Of a stretch of 64,000 nt of DNA, positions 62,757 to 64,000 are shown in pieces. The position numbers were made by a program, and so were the translations under genes. A model generated the notes under the pieces. The model did no database searches. It was not told the DNA's origin and worked only from the letters and a program-made list of their open reading frames with translations. Each line of letters starts with the position of its first letter. The first letter of the stretch is position 1. This stretch comes from the human T2T-CHM13v2.0 reference genome, Homo sapiens, in the NCBI RefSeq assembly GCF_009914755.1, contig NC_060947.1, one strand, 5' to 3'.

Positions 62757-63068
62757 GGCCGGATGCAGTGGCTCACGCCTGTAATCCCAGCACTTTGGGA
62801 GGCCAAGGCGGGCAGATCACTTGAGGTCAGGAATTCGAGACCAGCCTGGCCAATGTGGTGAAACCCCCTCTCTACAGGAATACAAACATTAGCAAGGCAT
62901 GGTAGCAGGCACCTGTAGTCCCAGCTACTCAGAGACTGAGGCAGGAAAATCGCTTGAACCTGGGAGGAGAAGGTTGCAGTGAGCTGAGATTGGGCCACTG
63001 CACAAGAAAGGAAGGAAGGAAAGAAGGAAGGAAGGAAGGGAGGGAGGGAGGGATAGAGAAAAGAAAAA
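62757..63068 (+). mobile_element. AluSx lacking its last ~30 nt, with a (GGAA/GGGA)n tail
   Basis: Alu ends at ccactgcac, then a purine tract; flanking aagcctg repeats. Confidence 0.85.
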
Positions 63069-63394
63069 GCCTGATGGGCAAAAGCAGAATTTTCACTCTT
63101 TGATCAGAATAACGTGGAAAATGGCTTCTTTTCAACTAGAGATAACTACTGAGTATTATACCCTCAGCCTAGGAAAGGCCTGTAGCTCATTTTTCTCTCT
63201 TGACAACAGGAAATGAAAGCAGTCAGAGAAAACTGAAAACATTTAGAAAATTATTTAGACTCATAGAAATTAGGGACAGAGACCAGAAATCCCCCAACTC
63301 ATTCCCTTCAATTTAGATAAGGAAATAGGCTCAGAGAAACTTGTCCAGGTTACCTATGCTTTGGGGTTTGGACCATAAGAACAAAACCAAGATA

Positions 63395-63414
63395 CTGCTG
63401 TCATCTAGTGGCAG
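63395..63414 (-). promoter_or_regulatory. CTCF-like motif
   Basis: Reverse complement ctgCCACTAGATGaCAGCAG versus consensus CCACTAGRKGGCAGCA, one mismatch. Confidence 0.35.
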
Positions 63415-63759
63415 TATACCCTAATTGCAGGGAAAATTATCTAGGCATTGTTTTAAAGATTTATCGAGTATTCAAACTACAAACTTAAAAGTTTTTAAAT
63501 ACTTCCAAAGGTCAGAGGAAACAGAGACATAAAGGTAGGAAACATTCAAATTAGAATTCATGGAGGAGGGAATGTACTCTGAGGGTAGTGAGTTGCAGAA
63601 GAGCAAAGGTCCAGAGACAAAATGAGTATAAAGTATTTAAGGAATGTTGAGGGGCAGTAAATAATAATTGACTTGTGAAAATATCTACTATCTTCAGGAT
63701 TTCTCCTTTGATAGAATTCATCAACACCAGATTAGCAAAGAGCTTTTACTAGTAACCAG

Positions 63760-64000
63760 CCACTAGAACATGGAAATAGTCTTGCTCAACTGAAGCTCAC
63801 ATTAAAAATTATACTCATGTTACACAAAGATACACTGAGTAAATACAAAATAGCATATGTGCAAGGCCATTGGAGGCAGTGTTATTTGCAGTAGCAAGGG
63901 ACTAGAAACAAATGTCCACTAATAAAGAACTAGTTGACAACAAATAGCAGATGTTGGCAAGGATGCGGAGAAAAGGGAAAGTTTATACACTGTAGTGGGA
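63760..64000 (+). mobile_element. Old L1 fragments running off the window end
   Basis: gcagtgttatttgcagtagcaagggactagaaacaaatgtccac; agatgttggcaaggatgcggagaaaagggaa. Confidence 0.65.

Overview
This is primate, very probably human, non-coding genomic DNA (intron or intergenic). It is AT-rich, CpG-depleted and packed with interspersed repeats: roughly 40 Alu/FLAM/FRAM copies, old L1M elements, an L1PA 3' end, L2 and MIR relics, solo LTRs (MLT1, MLT2, LTR8, MER21, MER61-like) and microsatellites. I find no intact protein-coding gene, and the supplied ORFs are almost all repeat artefacts. Two processed pseudogenes are clear: a 5'-truncated beta-tubulin TUBB4B-type copy (~8340-8773) and a full-length RPL12 copy (~25563-26203). 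The most interesting signals are (i) locally templated insertions inside LTRs (an inverted copy in MLT2; a 95-bp direct copy at the MER21 end), (ii) a twin-primed 5'-inverted L1 nested in an older L1, (iii) an Alu-tail (AAGGG)11 tract and a (GGAA)17 tract, (iv) unusual CpG retention in the tubulin retrocopy, and (v) several splice-site-flanked candidate non-coding exons on both strands. I cannot support a novel multi-gene system. Repeat subfamily names come from recall of consensus sequences and repeat boundaries are approximate.
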